A model generated the notes under the pieces. It was not told the DNA's origin and searched no databases. It saw only the letters and a list, made by a program, of their open reading frames with translations. A stretch of 64,000 bases of DNA, taken from assembly GCA_965178125.1 (NCBI GenBank), contig OZ237763.1, forward strand, positions 248,001-312,000. The letters are read 5' to 3'. Shown here in pieces: positions 24,972-36,600 of this stretch. Made by a program: the position numbers and the translations under genes. Position 1 is the stretch's first letter. Each line of letters starts with the position of its first letter. Source of the stretch: Bilabrum cf. latius. Lineage: Eukaryota.

Positions 24972-25620
24972 TCAGTTGAGCTCCCCGCTGCTCTCCTTCC
25001 TGAGGTACTCGCCCACATCGGCCTGGTGCAGCACAGCGATTGACGTGGGCTCCACGGTCTCTTCCCTCAGTCTCTCCACGCTCTGACTCGCGACTCCGAA
25101 TCCAAGGGGCGTTCCGCTCTGGGAGCAGATCACGATCCCGGCATGCTGAGGTGTGCCCTCTGTCATGCGGCCCACTCCGCTCTTGAGCACGTGATTACCG
25201 TACAGAAAGTTCATCTCGGCGCTGGGCTTCAGCCATACCTTGAACTTGGCAAACTGGTGCAAGTGCTCGAGGCAAGTGATGCGCAGGTTGAACCTCCCTC
25301 CCTTTGTGAACTTGCCGAAGCACGTGCCAAGCGACGTGAGCTTGTCGCGAGGCACGCAGGCTGCCAGCTTCATGATGCGCTCGCTGACGTAGTATACCCT
25401 GTCCTTCTGCAGCCTAAAGCAATACGGCTCATCTTTTCTGTCAAGAAGAAACTTAATGTTGCGCCCAACGCTGCGTTGGTATGAAGGAATCGCCAAGGAC
25501 TAGGACTGGGTGCGTGATCTAGCCCATGCAAACACTTTGGGTGACTCAGCAGAGCCAAACTCACAATTTGGCCAACTTTTCAAAGAAAATCCGCGTCTCA
25601 TCTTCGGTAAGCGGTCTCAT
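24972..25620 (-). CDS. NIP7: 60S ribosome biogenesis factor NIP7; intron 25564-25471
   Basis: MRPLTEDETRIFFEKLAK|FVGRNI, YCFRLQKDRVYYVSE, SLGTCFGKFTK, FLYGNHVLKSG and HQADVGEYLR. Stop TGA. No TAG. Confidence 0.96.
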
Positions 25621-25790
25621 GCTAGCCAAACGCTGTACTGTTCGAGTTCTCCAGAGTTGCAGTTCGGTGGCATCGTAGCGAACCTTCGGGGCCACGCCGC
25701 GCGATTTGGTTCCGCAATTCAAACCAAACCCGACAAACGTCGCTAAATTGAGCTCTACCGTGCATCTAGGAGGTAGTGTGCGGCCTTGCT

Positions 25791-28700
25791 ATGAATGGTA
25801 CAGATCGGTCGCATTCTCCGACGTGGCTGGATGAGCTTGATTCGAAGAAACCTCTCGATGGGCCCCACGAAGAGAGCTTCGAGCTGCCAAATACAACCTC
25901 CACCGTGATGGTTGGTATGCATGCAACTGAGAATGGTGTCGGTGCATTAGATGACGAGGCACCACTTCATACTGTGAACCGGCATTCGCAACCTGGGGAC
26001 GATCAATCGGTGCCTGACAGCCTTGACGGAGGAGGTGGCTTGGCTTCCGAGGGTGGCGAAGACGCAGACGACGGCGTCGAAGACTTTCAAAGAGAGATTA
26101 TGCAGCCCCAAGACGTCAACGATTCATTTGCAGTAGAGTACAGGCTTACTGGTGCTGCCGATTCCGGCGGAGGTGCCGATGCAGCGCAAACGGGCACCGA
26201 TGTACGGCCCAGCGATTCAGCTGGCCCCGGCGCAGCTGTCGGCACCGAGCATGCAGTACAACCGCGCCCCGTGCTCGAGGCCAATTCCGATCGCGATGCC
26301 ATGATCCGGCGGGCGGCTGAAGAGGAGGACGAGCTGCGCGAGTTCGAGGCCATAGAGGCGGTGCTGACGCAGGGGACGGGCGAGCAGCAGCGGCAGGAGC
26401 GCAAGAGCAGGCGCGAGATCCGACGGACCCCACCCCGCTCATCGCACTCGTCACATCCCGTAGAGGAGATCAGCTGGCACGACCAGAAAAGGGACAGCGG
26501 CGAGGCCAATGGCCACCTGCCTGCTCAGCGTGAAGAGGACGGGCATGGTGCAGGGGCCGGCCCTGTCGCAGGGCCGCTGCAGTCGTCTGCAGAGCCCATG
26601 GAGGGTGGACAGGCCCCAAATAGTCCTGGGGGGGGACCCTCATGGTCCAATCGAGGGGATTTCCTGCGGGCATCACTGCAGGGCGGTAGGCACAGGAGAG
26701 GCAGGGGCAGGGCTGGGAGCAGCTCGAACGAGGCCTCGCCCAGCGGTGCCGAGCGACACCACCGTTCGGGCGATCGTGAGTACCATCATGCAGGCGACGA
26801 ATCATCGATGGCGACTCATGGGGACGATAAGGACGATAGGGATGGTGACCCTGGCCCGAGGCACAGGGTCACAGTGCATCCACCTCGACTGCCTGCCTAG
26901 CAGCAGCAATCCGAGGGGCGTGAGCCCAGCCGTGGAGACGAACCGCAAGGGGCAAGCAGCGATGCAGCTATAGGACCTGGGTCTACCAGAGGAAACGGAC
27001 ACTTTTCCACTGCAGGTGCTGCATATGCTGCTACTGGAGGTAGAAGGTCAGGTGCCGCGGAGAGGTGCGGCTCCCGTGGTCGCGCGGGCGCCTCGGCACC
27101 CGGCATGGACCCGGCCATAAGCAACGCGGTGCGAGGCTACGGTGGGCAGTACAACGACTTCGATGAGGTGCCCAAGAGACCGAATGGCGGGGCTTCTGGT
27201 TACGGGGACGATGCAGGCGGTCATGGCGATGGTCCTGAAGAGGACGACGAGTATGATGACCCGTTCGCCGGTGCACTTGCAGAGAGAGCTAGCCGGATTG
27301 CCCAGGAGGCCATCCACCATGGGCAGAAACCAAGGAAGAGGGAAGACCCTGCGGCGACACCCAGGGATTTGGCCCCGTCCAGTACACGCGGAGGTGAGTA
27401 GCAGGCCCCCTTGGACTATGACGCTAGCAGATATCAAGAGGAGGCAGAGGAGGATGAGTACCACCAGCTCCACCAGCACCAGTATGGAGAGTCCTCTGCT
27501 GGTCGTGGAGAACATGGTGCTCCACCACTGGCCAAGGAGTACCGCATTGTTGGAGACGATGACGATGAAGTTGGTACCCTTAGTGGGGGCAAACCTGGTA
27601 GTTCTGCAAGAAGCAAATCTCGGCATCCCGAAGACGTCAGGTACACGAGACGAAACGAAGCCGAGCTGGGCACCAGTGACAACAGCCCTAGCGAGCTGAA
27701 AGGGAAGGCTGAGATAGACCGAAAGGAGGCGGCCCGTGAGCTCGCCGCAGCTCGCAGGGCCCGGGAGGAGTGGCAGGCGTGGGTGGGAGAACAGCGGGAG
27801 AAATTTGACGCGTGGAAGAAGGAGCAGACCAAGCAGGCCAAGCGAGACGCGAGGGCAGCCAGCAGGGCGCTTCGGGACGCAGAGTCCAGGCGACTAGAGG
27901 AGAGGACCGAAAGGAAGAAGAGGCTTGAGGTCGAGAAAGAGCTGCAGAAATCAAGGGAACAATCTGCACAGAAAGAGGGGAAGCTACGGCAGGAGCTGGA
28001 TCGCTTGCGCAGGCAGGTGCAGCATCACAAGCGAGAGTGCAAGCAGCTGAGGGAGCAGCTGCAGGCGTCAGAGAAGGCGAGATTGGAGGGCCTCAACCAG
28101 CTCGCCGCCGAGCACGGTGCCAAGCAGAAAGCCACACCGAATTACACTCCCAAGCAAGGCAGCGGGCGCGCTGGTGCCGCTGGTATTGGCTCGGGTGGTG
28201 GGTCTTACGCTGTCGCCATGCAGGGCTACTCCAACGCAGGGGGAGTGGCCTCGGATCAAAGCGATGTCTAGAGCAGACCAGCTATTACTCGGCAGTCCGA
28301 CCACCGCATAGCAGCCGAGATAGCCTCGCAGAAACCGGACCTTCGTCCCGAGTCGCCAGTAGATGCGTACGACGAGGAGGAGTACCGCAGGCAGGACACA
28401 GGCGCAGCGGGTGCTGTGGAAGAGGTGCCGTTCGATCAGGATGCCAATGGGCGGTCACGTATGCATGGAGATGGCTATGGTGGCCAAGCCCACAGTGCTC
28501 CATCGTCCGACAGGGCGGGGAGGGTGCAGCGAGGGGCGGGCATGGAGTTGCCGGACGGGATGCCTGGTAGTGGCGGGAACCAATTCGAGGCTGCGGATGC
28601 TCGCGGTGGAACATCTGCTGATCTTTCCATTGGGCAGCCGTCATTGCAAAGGAGCAAGGCAGGGGATTCGAGAGCTGCACCGGGCGAGCCCAAGCGTGAA

Positions 28701-29438
28701 AATGCAAGCGGCATTGGCGCAGCATCAATGCCTGGGCCGGCAATAGGAAGAATGGCTGGCTTTGCCACCCCTACCACGGCAGAGGAACGCCAGATGGCGT
28801 CTGTGCCCCCTGCCTCCCGGCCCCTGGCAGCACTTGCAGTACCAGACGCCCCTGAGGCGCCGGCACCGGGCACCGAGGTGTCCGTGCGCGATCTTGGGAG
28901 CGGCAAGGCGGAAATGAGGTACGAGGACGGCGCCAGGCTGACCATGTTCAGGAACGGCACCCAGCGAGAGACAAGGCCAGATGGGGTTGTGATTGTCCGG
29001 TATGCAAATGGTGACGTGAAGGTGACGTATCCCGTGGAGCACGCTGTGTCTGTTCGCCTCGGCTGCGGCACGGACGGTGCAGGCAGGCCCGGAGCGCCCG
29101 GGGGGCAGCAGGCAGGCATCGAGGGCGAGTCACCGGGAGTGGCCGTGGTTGCGTATTTCTACGCCGAGGCCAAGACGACCCACTGCACCTTTCTGGACGG
29201 CACGCAGGTGTTCAAGTTCCCCTCGGGGCAGCAGGAGAAGCACCGGTCTGACGGTGGCAAGGAGATCGTGTACGTGGATGGGACCATCAGGATGATTGCG
29301 CCTGGTGGTCGTACAAGGACGCAGTTCCCAGATGGGACGGTGGAGGAGGGCGCCGTGCCCGGCGAGGCGGGCGTGGGCGATGGTTGTTTTGACACACAAG
29401 GGGTCACGAGCGAGTCCACCACGGTCGGAGTCAATTGA
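25791..29438 (+). CDS. CENPJ: Centriolar protein SAS-4/CPAP (coiled coil plus Tcp10 C-terminal G-box); in-frame TAG at 26898, 27399, 28269
   Basis: C-terminal FRNGT..RPDG..VRYANGDVK..YFYAEAKTTH..DGTQVFKFPSGQQEKHRSDGGKEIVYVDGT. Four same-frame ORFs are joined by TAG, one in the context TAG CAG CAG CAA. Stop TGA. Confidence 0.85.
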
Positions 29439-29529
29439 AGTGTTTTGTGCGATGCACCACTTGTCTTACTGTTGTGCACTTCAGCACATGGTGCACTTTT
29501 ACGGCATGAACCTACTACTGGATGGGACG

Positions 29530-32145
29530 TCACCGCCGGCGCTTCGTTCGCTGCAGGCGCGGGGACCCATGCTGCTTGGAAGCCGCCTAGGAGGACTTTG
29601 CGCCCCCAGCCTATGCACCCATCGAGGGGAGAGCCAAGGCGAAATCGTCATCGCTGTCACTGGCGCTGCCTCCCATGCCCATGCCCATTCCTATACCCAT
29701 ACCCATGCCATCGTCTGCTGCCTAACCGGTTGCACTCGCAGCACCGGCGCTGGTCCCTCTCGCCTGCTTCTTGGCACGCTGCAGCTGCGGGCTGGGCATC
29801 TGCTCACCCCTCCTTCCCCTCTTCTGCCCTGGCAGTGCGCTTGTTCCGCCATGAAAGTCTCCGCCCCCATCGTTGCCCTCGTCGATATCGGTGTCGCTGC
29901 CGTCGCTCTGGCTAGGCTACAGCTGTGCACGGTGGGCTGCGCTTGCTTTACCTCGGCTGGGACTCTGGTGCGCCCAGCGCTGGCGGGAGGGGGACTGTTG
30001 CGGCGCCGAGCTGCTGCCACTCCTGCTCGCCTGTTTCCGCCCTTCATCGCTGCTTGCACCTGTCTCCTCATTTGCTCCTGCCCCGCTTCCTGATGCCGCC
30101 TCGCTTTGATCATCGTCCGACATCACTCCCGCACTGCCGAACACATCATCATCCGTCTCATCAAGGTACTCTGCCTCATCCTCAGAGGAGCTCGAGAACC
30201 CAGCCGCGCCTGGGTCTCCGGTGCCGACGTCCTCCTTTTCCCCGTCCTCTGAATCCTGTGCATGACCGCTGCCGGCGCCATCTCCGCTACCGCTAGGGCC
30301 TCCCTTTCTACCCCTCGTACTAGCGGCCTCGCCTTTGGCGCTCTGCTTGGCCTTGCCCAGCGTCGCCCTCGTTGACTCGAGCTGTGTCCTCATATTTGCC
30401 AACTACTCCTCAAGCTCGGAGATACGCGAGGCCTGTGACTTTATCTTGGCTTTCTTGGTGTTTAGGAGCATCACCATGGGCTCTACCACCTTCTTTCTTA
30501 GCGTGGTCTCCCAGCTGCCCTCTCTCTCGCTGACCGTCTCTCTCAGCTGGGCAATAACCTGCATCTAGGTGCTCTCATGAGCCTCGAGCTGCTTGATCTA
30601 GTCCCTCTGGGAGCGCCTTGTGAGCAGAGAAGCGGCCAGCAGCCTCCGCATGGCGCGCGCACCGCCCTCTACCCTCAGCTCGCACTTCCCAAAGATCACG
30701 TTGATGGTGCCTCCGCCTGCCCTCGCCCCTACCCCGGCTCGTGCTGCAGACCACATGGGTACTGGCCGTGGGGGCGTGTCGTTCGTGACGGTCGCAACCA
30801 TCATGAGCTGGATGTGCTGCGAGGAATCCAGGCCGATCGACTCGTGCCTCGCCGCGGATGCTGCCAGCCTTCCTACAATATCGACATCCTTCGGGTCGTA
30901 CTGCTGGCCTCGAACACCTGACCTAGCAGCTGCGGCGTGCGCACCTGCAGCCGTCTAGGATGCTAGCGATCCCGCACGAGGCAAGCTCCTGCCGACTGAC
31001 GAATGGCTGCTAGACCTAGCAAGCGCCTCGCTGCTGCTGCTGCTATGATTGGCGGATCCAGCACCTCCTGTGTGATCAATCTCGCGATCGGCTGGCAGCA
31101 GCGGCTTGAGCTGCAGCGCTGGACGCTGGTCTGGGGCAACCAGCGATATTTTTTGCACCATTGATGGCAACTTATCGTGAGACACCTTGCTGCTGCTCCT
31201 GTCGTTGTTCGTGCCAATTCCAGCAGCACTGGGCAACGACCCCGCGCGGGCGCCCGCGCCACTCGCGTCTTGAGTGGCCTTACGCCCGGCAACTTGCCTG
31301 CCAGCCTACGAGGCAGCACTATTCCGTAGTGCTCGATTCATTCCGGCCACCACGCTTGCTCCTCGATCTGACTGTGTAAATCCCTAGCTGCTGGCTGCGA
31401 GAGAAGCGAACTGCGCTGCGCCAGCGGCTTGACTTTGAGACACAGAACCGATCGACGCAGACATTAAGCCTCCCTACGTTGGCCTACGGTGTGCATTGTA
31501 CCTTTGCATTTGCTTCTCAAGCGCTACCCTTTTAATTCTGTCGATGGCGCTTTCTTTGCTAGGGACCGGGTCTGATTTGAAACCTGCTTGCTCGGCTTTC
31601 TGCGACCTGTCCCTGTCGCAATCCATCGCACCTTGCTAAACTCCCATTGCTTTACCCGATGGCATACTATGACTGTCATTTTGGTCAAAGGCACCCTGCG
31701 GTTCTTGCTGGGATCGCGGCTCATGCTAGTGACCAGGAAACTCGAGCACTCCACCGCTGCTGAACAATGTATCAACCCCCGGCTCGTCCGCAGAAAGTAT
31801 TGCTGCATTTGCTTCGATTCTTGAGCATCCGAGCCAATCTGTCAAATCGGCTTGTCGAAGAGCAGACTGGTTGGAAGCAGCAGCAACTGCCGCTGCCTGT
31901 TCGCGGCTCATCGGCTCGTGAGACGAAACATTGCCGCAAGAGTGAATCAATGTCTGCAATACCGTGCGATCTATACCAGAGCGTTCAACAGGCTCGCAAA
32001 CACCTGTCCAGACTCTGTTGCCATCGACAAGGGAAACGACAACGGTGCCCCGACCGATCGTTTCCACTCCGATGAGAGCCTCAACGAATTTTCCGCCTGG
32101 CGATGGTATTGACAAGGGTCGCAGTTGTGGCTCAACAGCCACCAT
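29530..32145 (-). CDS. XRCC4: XRCC4-like non-homologous end-joining protein (about 871 aa as one open frame with 13 TAG codons)
   Basis: Head-like VVVSLVDGNRVWTGV and a coiled coil with MVMLLNTKKAKIK, resembling the XRCC4 ligase-IV-binding LVLNEKKTKI. The frame has no TAA/TGA from ATG 32145 to TGA 29530. Confidence 0.7.
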
Positions 32146-33102
32146 TGTTCAGACTATGGACTGAAGGAGGATCTGCCGCCGAGCAACTCGCTTGTGTTGC
32201 AATGCCCTGCATGAATACCACACTGGTCCACCCCAACACTGTTAGGTGTACTCGGACATCAGGATGGAGGCGACGGGGAGCAAAGATGAGCCGGAAGACG
32301 AGGCGGGCACAGGCGGACAGGAAATGGAGAGGAACAAGAGGGAGACACCGGCACAGGCGACGATAGTATGGTGTCAATAGGGAGAGCACAGCGGGAGGAA
32401 GGGGGCTCCAGGTGCCAGGCACGAGGGAGACGCGAGTGACAGCAAGCTGCATGGCCAGCAGCGCGCAGAGGGCCAACGGGCGGGTGGATAGACGGGGCGC
32501 ATGGCAGGTTGGCCAGGACCTGCACGTGCAAGGATAGGGCCAAGGTAGCGATGCAGGGAGCAAAGCACACGGTCCCTAGGGCGGGGAACAGGACCAAGAA
32601 GCCATGTAGCGACGAGGCCAGTCGCGTGCATTGGGATAGTGGTGTGTACGTTCGTAGTGTTAGAGGAATTCAGGTGGGCTGATGAAGAACCAGCCGTTCG
32701 GGGTGAAGCCCAGTGGGTCCGCGGGACTGTTTTTTTTTATAAATGCTGCTCACACAACATCATCACACGGCACCATGGGCACCTCCATCAGACCGCATGA
32801 TAATGGGCTGCCTAGACCTGATGCTAGGCTGTGCTGGCCTCCTCAGTATCTTGCATGCTGCTGCGTACTGCCAGAGAGGGAGGGCCATGGACGGTCACCA
32901 GTGATGATCCATGGATGCTGTGCAACGAGCATTGATGCAGAAAGAGGCGTGAACATGAGTGCACGGGTGACTGGGATGAAGCATTGCCAATCATGCAGCA
33001 CATTCGCTTGTCGCCAGAATTTCTGTTCAGGTTCCATCAACCACATTTTCAGGGTCTAAGATTCAGATACCATCCTCTATCCTGGACGCCCACTTTGAGC
33101 TG

Positions 33103-33157
33103 GTTATACAGAAATACAGAAATACATTGTTATACAGAAATACAGAAATACATTGTT
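33103..33157. repeat. Tandem repeat, 2 x 26 bp (GTTATACAGAAATACAGAAATACATT) with internal TACAGAAA subrepeats
   Basis: Identical copies at 33103-33128 and 33129-33154. Confidence 0.85.
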
Positions 33158-33636
33158 GGGTAAAGATTCCACAAGCACCCAGATGCACCGTTGCCCCCGA
33201 AGGAGTTCGAGTGATCACCTGAATCCAGAGGAGTCCTCAAACAAGGACTACAAGACCCCCGACCCTTTCAGGCCAAAGGCCCCCCAATCTCAGCCTACAC
33301 CGCCGAGTCCCCTTTATTCGCCATCAATGTGGTCCCCCACAAGCCCTCAGTTGTTATCAAATTGGTCTTGTAACGTGCCAAATTGATTTTGAGCTTAGTC
33401 TTATTTTTTGCCACCAATGGATGATCCACAGATAGACCAAGTCTGGGCGCTAATACAGCTGCCATATCCTTGATTGTGAGATACACCTATGTCAAGAGGT
33501 ACTATTAGACGAATTCCGGGTTCATTTCAAGGGTTTCGAGGTTAAGCGAAGACTGGGGCCGTGCACGTCGATTATTTCTAACTCTACCTAGCCTTGGCAA
33601 TTCTTGCTTCTTTGCACAGTACATTTTGGCGTCAAT

Positions 33637-36600
33637 ATGGACAGCCAAACAGATGGTCGCGCGGTACCCGCTAGTGCAGCTTCAGCCGGCGAAACAATGG
33701 TTGAGCGCTGCTCGGCGCAGCCGCAAGACGACATGATTTCGACGCTGACCGAGCGTGCCGATGAGCAAAGTATATTACGAGACGGTGTAAGTTTAGTGGG
33801 TCACGGTGATGACAGTACTGATGCACCGGAGGCATCCGGCGGGGCAGGTGCGGGAGAAGATGTGTACAAGCAGCCGCCCAGTGGACCAGCGCTGCCAGTG
33901 GCAAGCCTCCAAGCAGGCAAGGCGATGGGGGATGCATCATCGTCATCAGAACCGCATGAGTCGAGCAAGGCTGATAAGTGGAGCGATTCGGCAAGTTGCG
34001 ACGACCAGCCTCACAGCAGCTCGGCATCACCTGTTTCGGAGGTCATGCCAGCACTGAGCGGGGATCGCCCCGCCCAAGGCGATCCGAATCTAGCCGTGAC
34101 ACTTAAATCAAGGCAGCAAGATCCCCCTACTTCGGGCCAAGCGTTGGATCAATGCCAGGCCCATGCACCTGGTCATCCCAGCGGCCCTCTTGCCGCTGCA
34201 TCTGGTCATTCCAGCGACCAACCTGCCGCTGCATCCGGTGCTGGGGCAGATCAGCCCTCAACTGGGCCATGGACATACGGTGGCACAATAGGGCATGGGA
34301 AAGATGATGCGTCCAGTGATAGAGGTGGTGGAATTTGCATCAGATCACAAGCTGACATGGCACTGGAAGACAGCGATATTGATGATGATGATGATGATGA
34401 CAAAACCCCCAGTCACCGAGGCCGACAGCCCGCATTCGAGGCCGCCAAGCGCACCGTGGCACTGTGGCCGCACGAGCAGCAGGACCGCAAGCGAAGGCTA
34501 GACCACATCGGAGTGCTCTTCAGGCAGGACGTGCGCAAGGCGCTGGAGGGTTTCCCCGAGGTGGAGATGCTGTGGAGGAACGGGGACTGGTCGCTGGACC
34601 CTATTGGCTTCACCGATGGGGACAAGGCCAAGATCGAGGAGGCCCTGGGTCTCAAGTTCATCGATGCGGGGGGCATGGCCGGGGGCATCAAGGCTGTGCA
34701 TGAAGGCCTGGGTCTGTTCCTGAAGTTCGCCTTTGACCACTTGGGCATCTACGGCAGCACGCGCATGGCGGCCAAGGCAGCGAAGCGGGAGGCGGCGGCG
34801 AGTCGTTGGGTCCATGCAATGGACAGCGTGCATGTATCAACGCCTCTGCTGGAGTGTGTGGATGTGCGGGTTCGCCTGGCTGGAGGCAGGTACTACGTGA
34901 TCCGAGTGCAGGCGTTTGCTCGCGTGAATGTGCAGGGGTGTATGGCGTGGGGCACGCGCACATCTGATGCTGCATTTGCCGCTTCGGTCCATGAGACGAC
35001 GCTACGGATGGGATCATCAGATGGCAAAAAGTCGATCCACTGGGACGAGGAGCAGCTGGAAGACGTGGTGAAGCCTCTGGCCCGGCACTTCGGGATCTCG
35101 CCATACGTGTCTTTCGAATCCATGGCAGCGGTTCAGCATAGATACGTCGCGTCGACTCCTAATGGCAACTCATAGGTTGCTTCAGCCGGCTTATCTTCAC
35201 CAGGGCTAAGCCGAAGCACCTCTTCCGCTCGCACATTCCTGGATCTCTTACAAAATCGAGGCATGAACCCGTCCTGCGTACAGCGCCTCAGGGAGGCGTT
35301 AGATCCAGCCCGCATGCGGCTGACGGAGGAGGATGAGAAAAGACTCACAATGCAGGAACAACAGCTAGCTCAAGCTGTTTACGCTGCTATTGAGAGCTCA
35401 GGTGTGAACCTGGACTACAGAAAACCACTGCACGATGTACATCATTCTTGCAATATTCAGACTAGTGCAAGACACACCATGCATCTCCCATTCGATGTGG
35501 AGGTGCACCAGCTGGCGAGTGGGCAGCGGATGGTGCTGGACACGCACCGGCTGCTGATCCCGGATGTGGTTTGGATGGACTGGATGATGTCGGATGAGGC
35601 CAAGCCGCGAGTGTGGGCAGTGGACCTGACCAATGCTCCATCCAAACCTAGTTCCCAGCCAAGTGTGCATCATGGGCAACTGGACTGTTTCTGTATGTCA
35701 GTCGATGGGAGATTTCCTTCGCCTGAAAGCCTTCAAACTGCTTTGCACCGATGGTCGGGGTCTACCGCTTCCTTTCCAAGCTGCACATTCAAGATAGACT
35801 ATATGCACCGTCACATCGACACAGGCTGCATCAGTGCCAGCGCCGAGGACAGCAGCGGTCAGGTGGTCATTGTGGCAATCGTGGCATGTCCACGATGGTA
35901 CTACTCCGGCAATACGGCCATGACGTGCCTGCTGCCTCCCGAGGCTGCCCATCGGCTGCGGGAGCTGGAGGGCGAGGATGCATTCGAAGGCCTGAGCCCT
36001 GACCTGATCATGGCAGGGGATGCCGGGGCCAGGTCACGCGCGAGAGAGAGCATCGGGAAGCTGTATGCCAAAGCTCGTGCTGAGGTGGTGAATCGGTACC
36101 GGGACGAGCTGGCGGTCGAGGTATGTCTGACAGAGGATGTGGATGTGCAGGCAAATCCAGTTGTACATCGACGCGTGCTGAAGCGATTGATGCATTCGCT
36201 TGGTCTGGGGCTGAGACATGCCCGGCTGCTGGTGGAGCAACTTGAACATCAGACGGAGGCTCGACATGTGTGTGCTGCACTGAAGGATGGCCAACCACCT
36301 GCACAGGTGTCTCACCTAGACGCCCCCGAGTAGATCATTGGATGCAGTGCGTCTGTGGCGGATCGACTATAGAAATTGGCTGGTTTGTTCGCCGCGGCTG
36401 GAATAATGCTACAGGATGTGGATGCACTAGTTTCGACAGGCCATCCAGAGCTAGACTCTTTGGTATCTAGCGGTGGAGATCAAGCTTTTTCGACCTCTTC
36501 GTATTAGTGCGAGGGCACATCCCTAGCGGCAGCAGGTGGCGCATACAGCAAGACCCCAGTCTTAAGCGCAACTAGTTTGGTACACGAGCTCGCGCACAGG

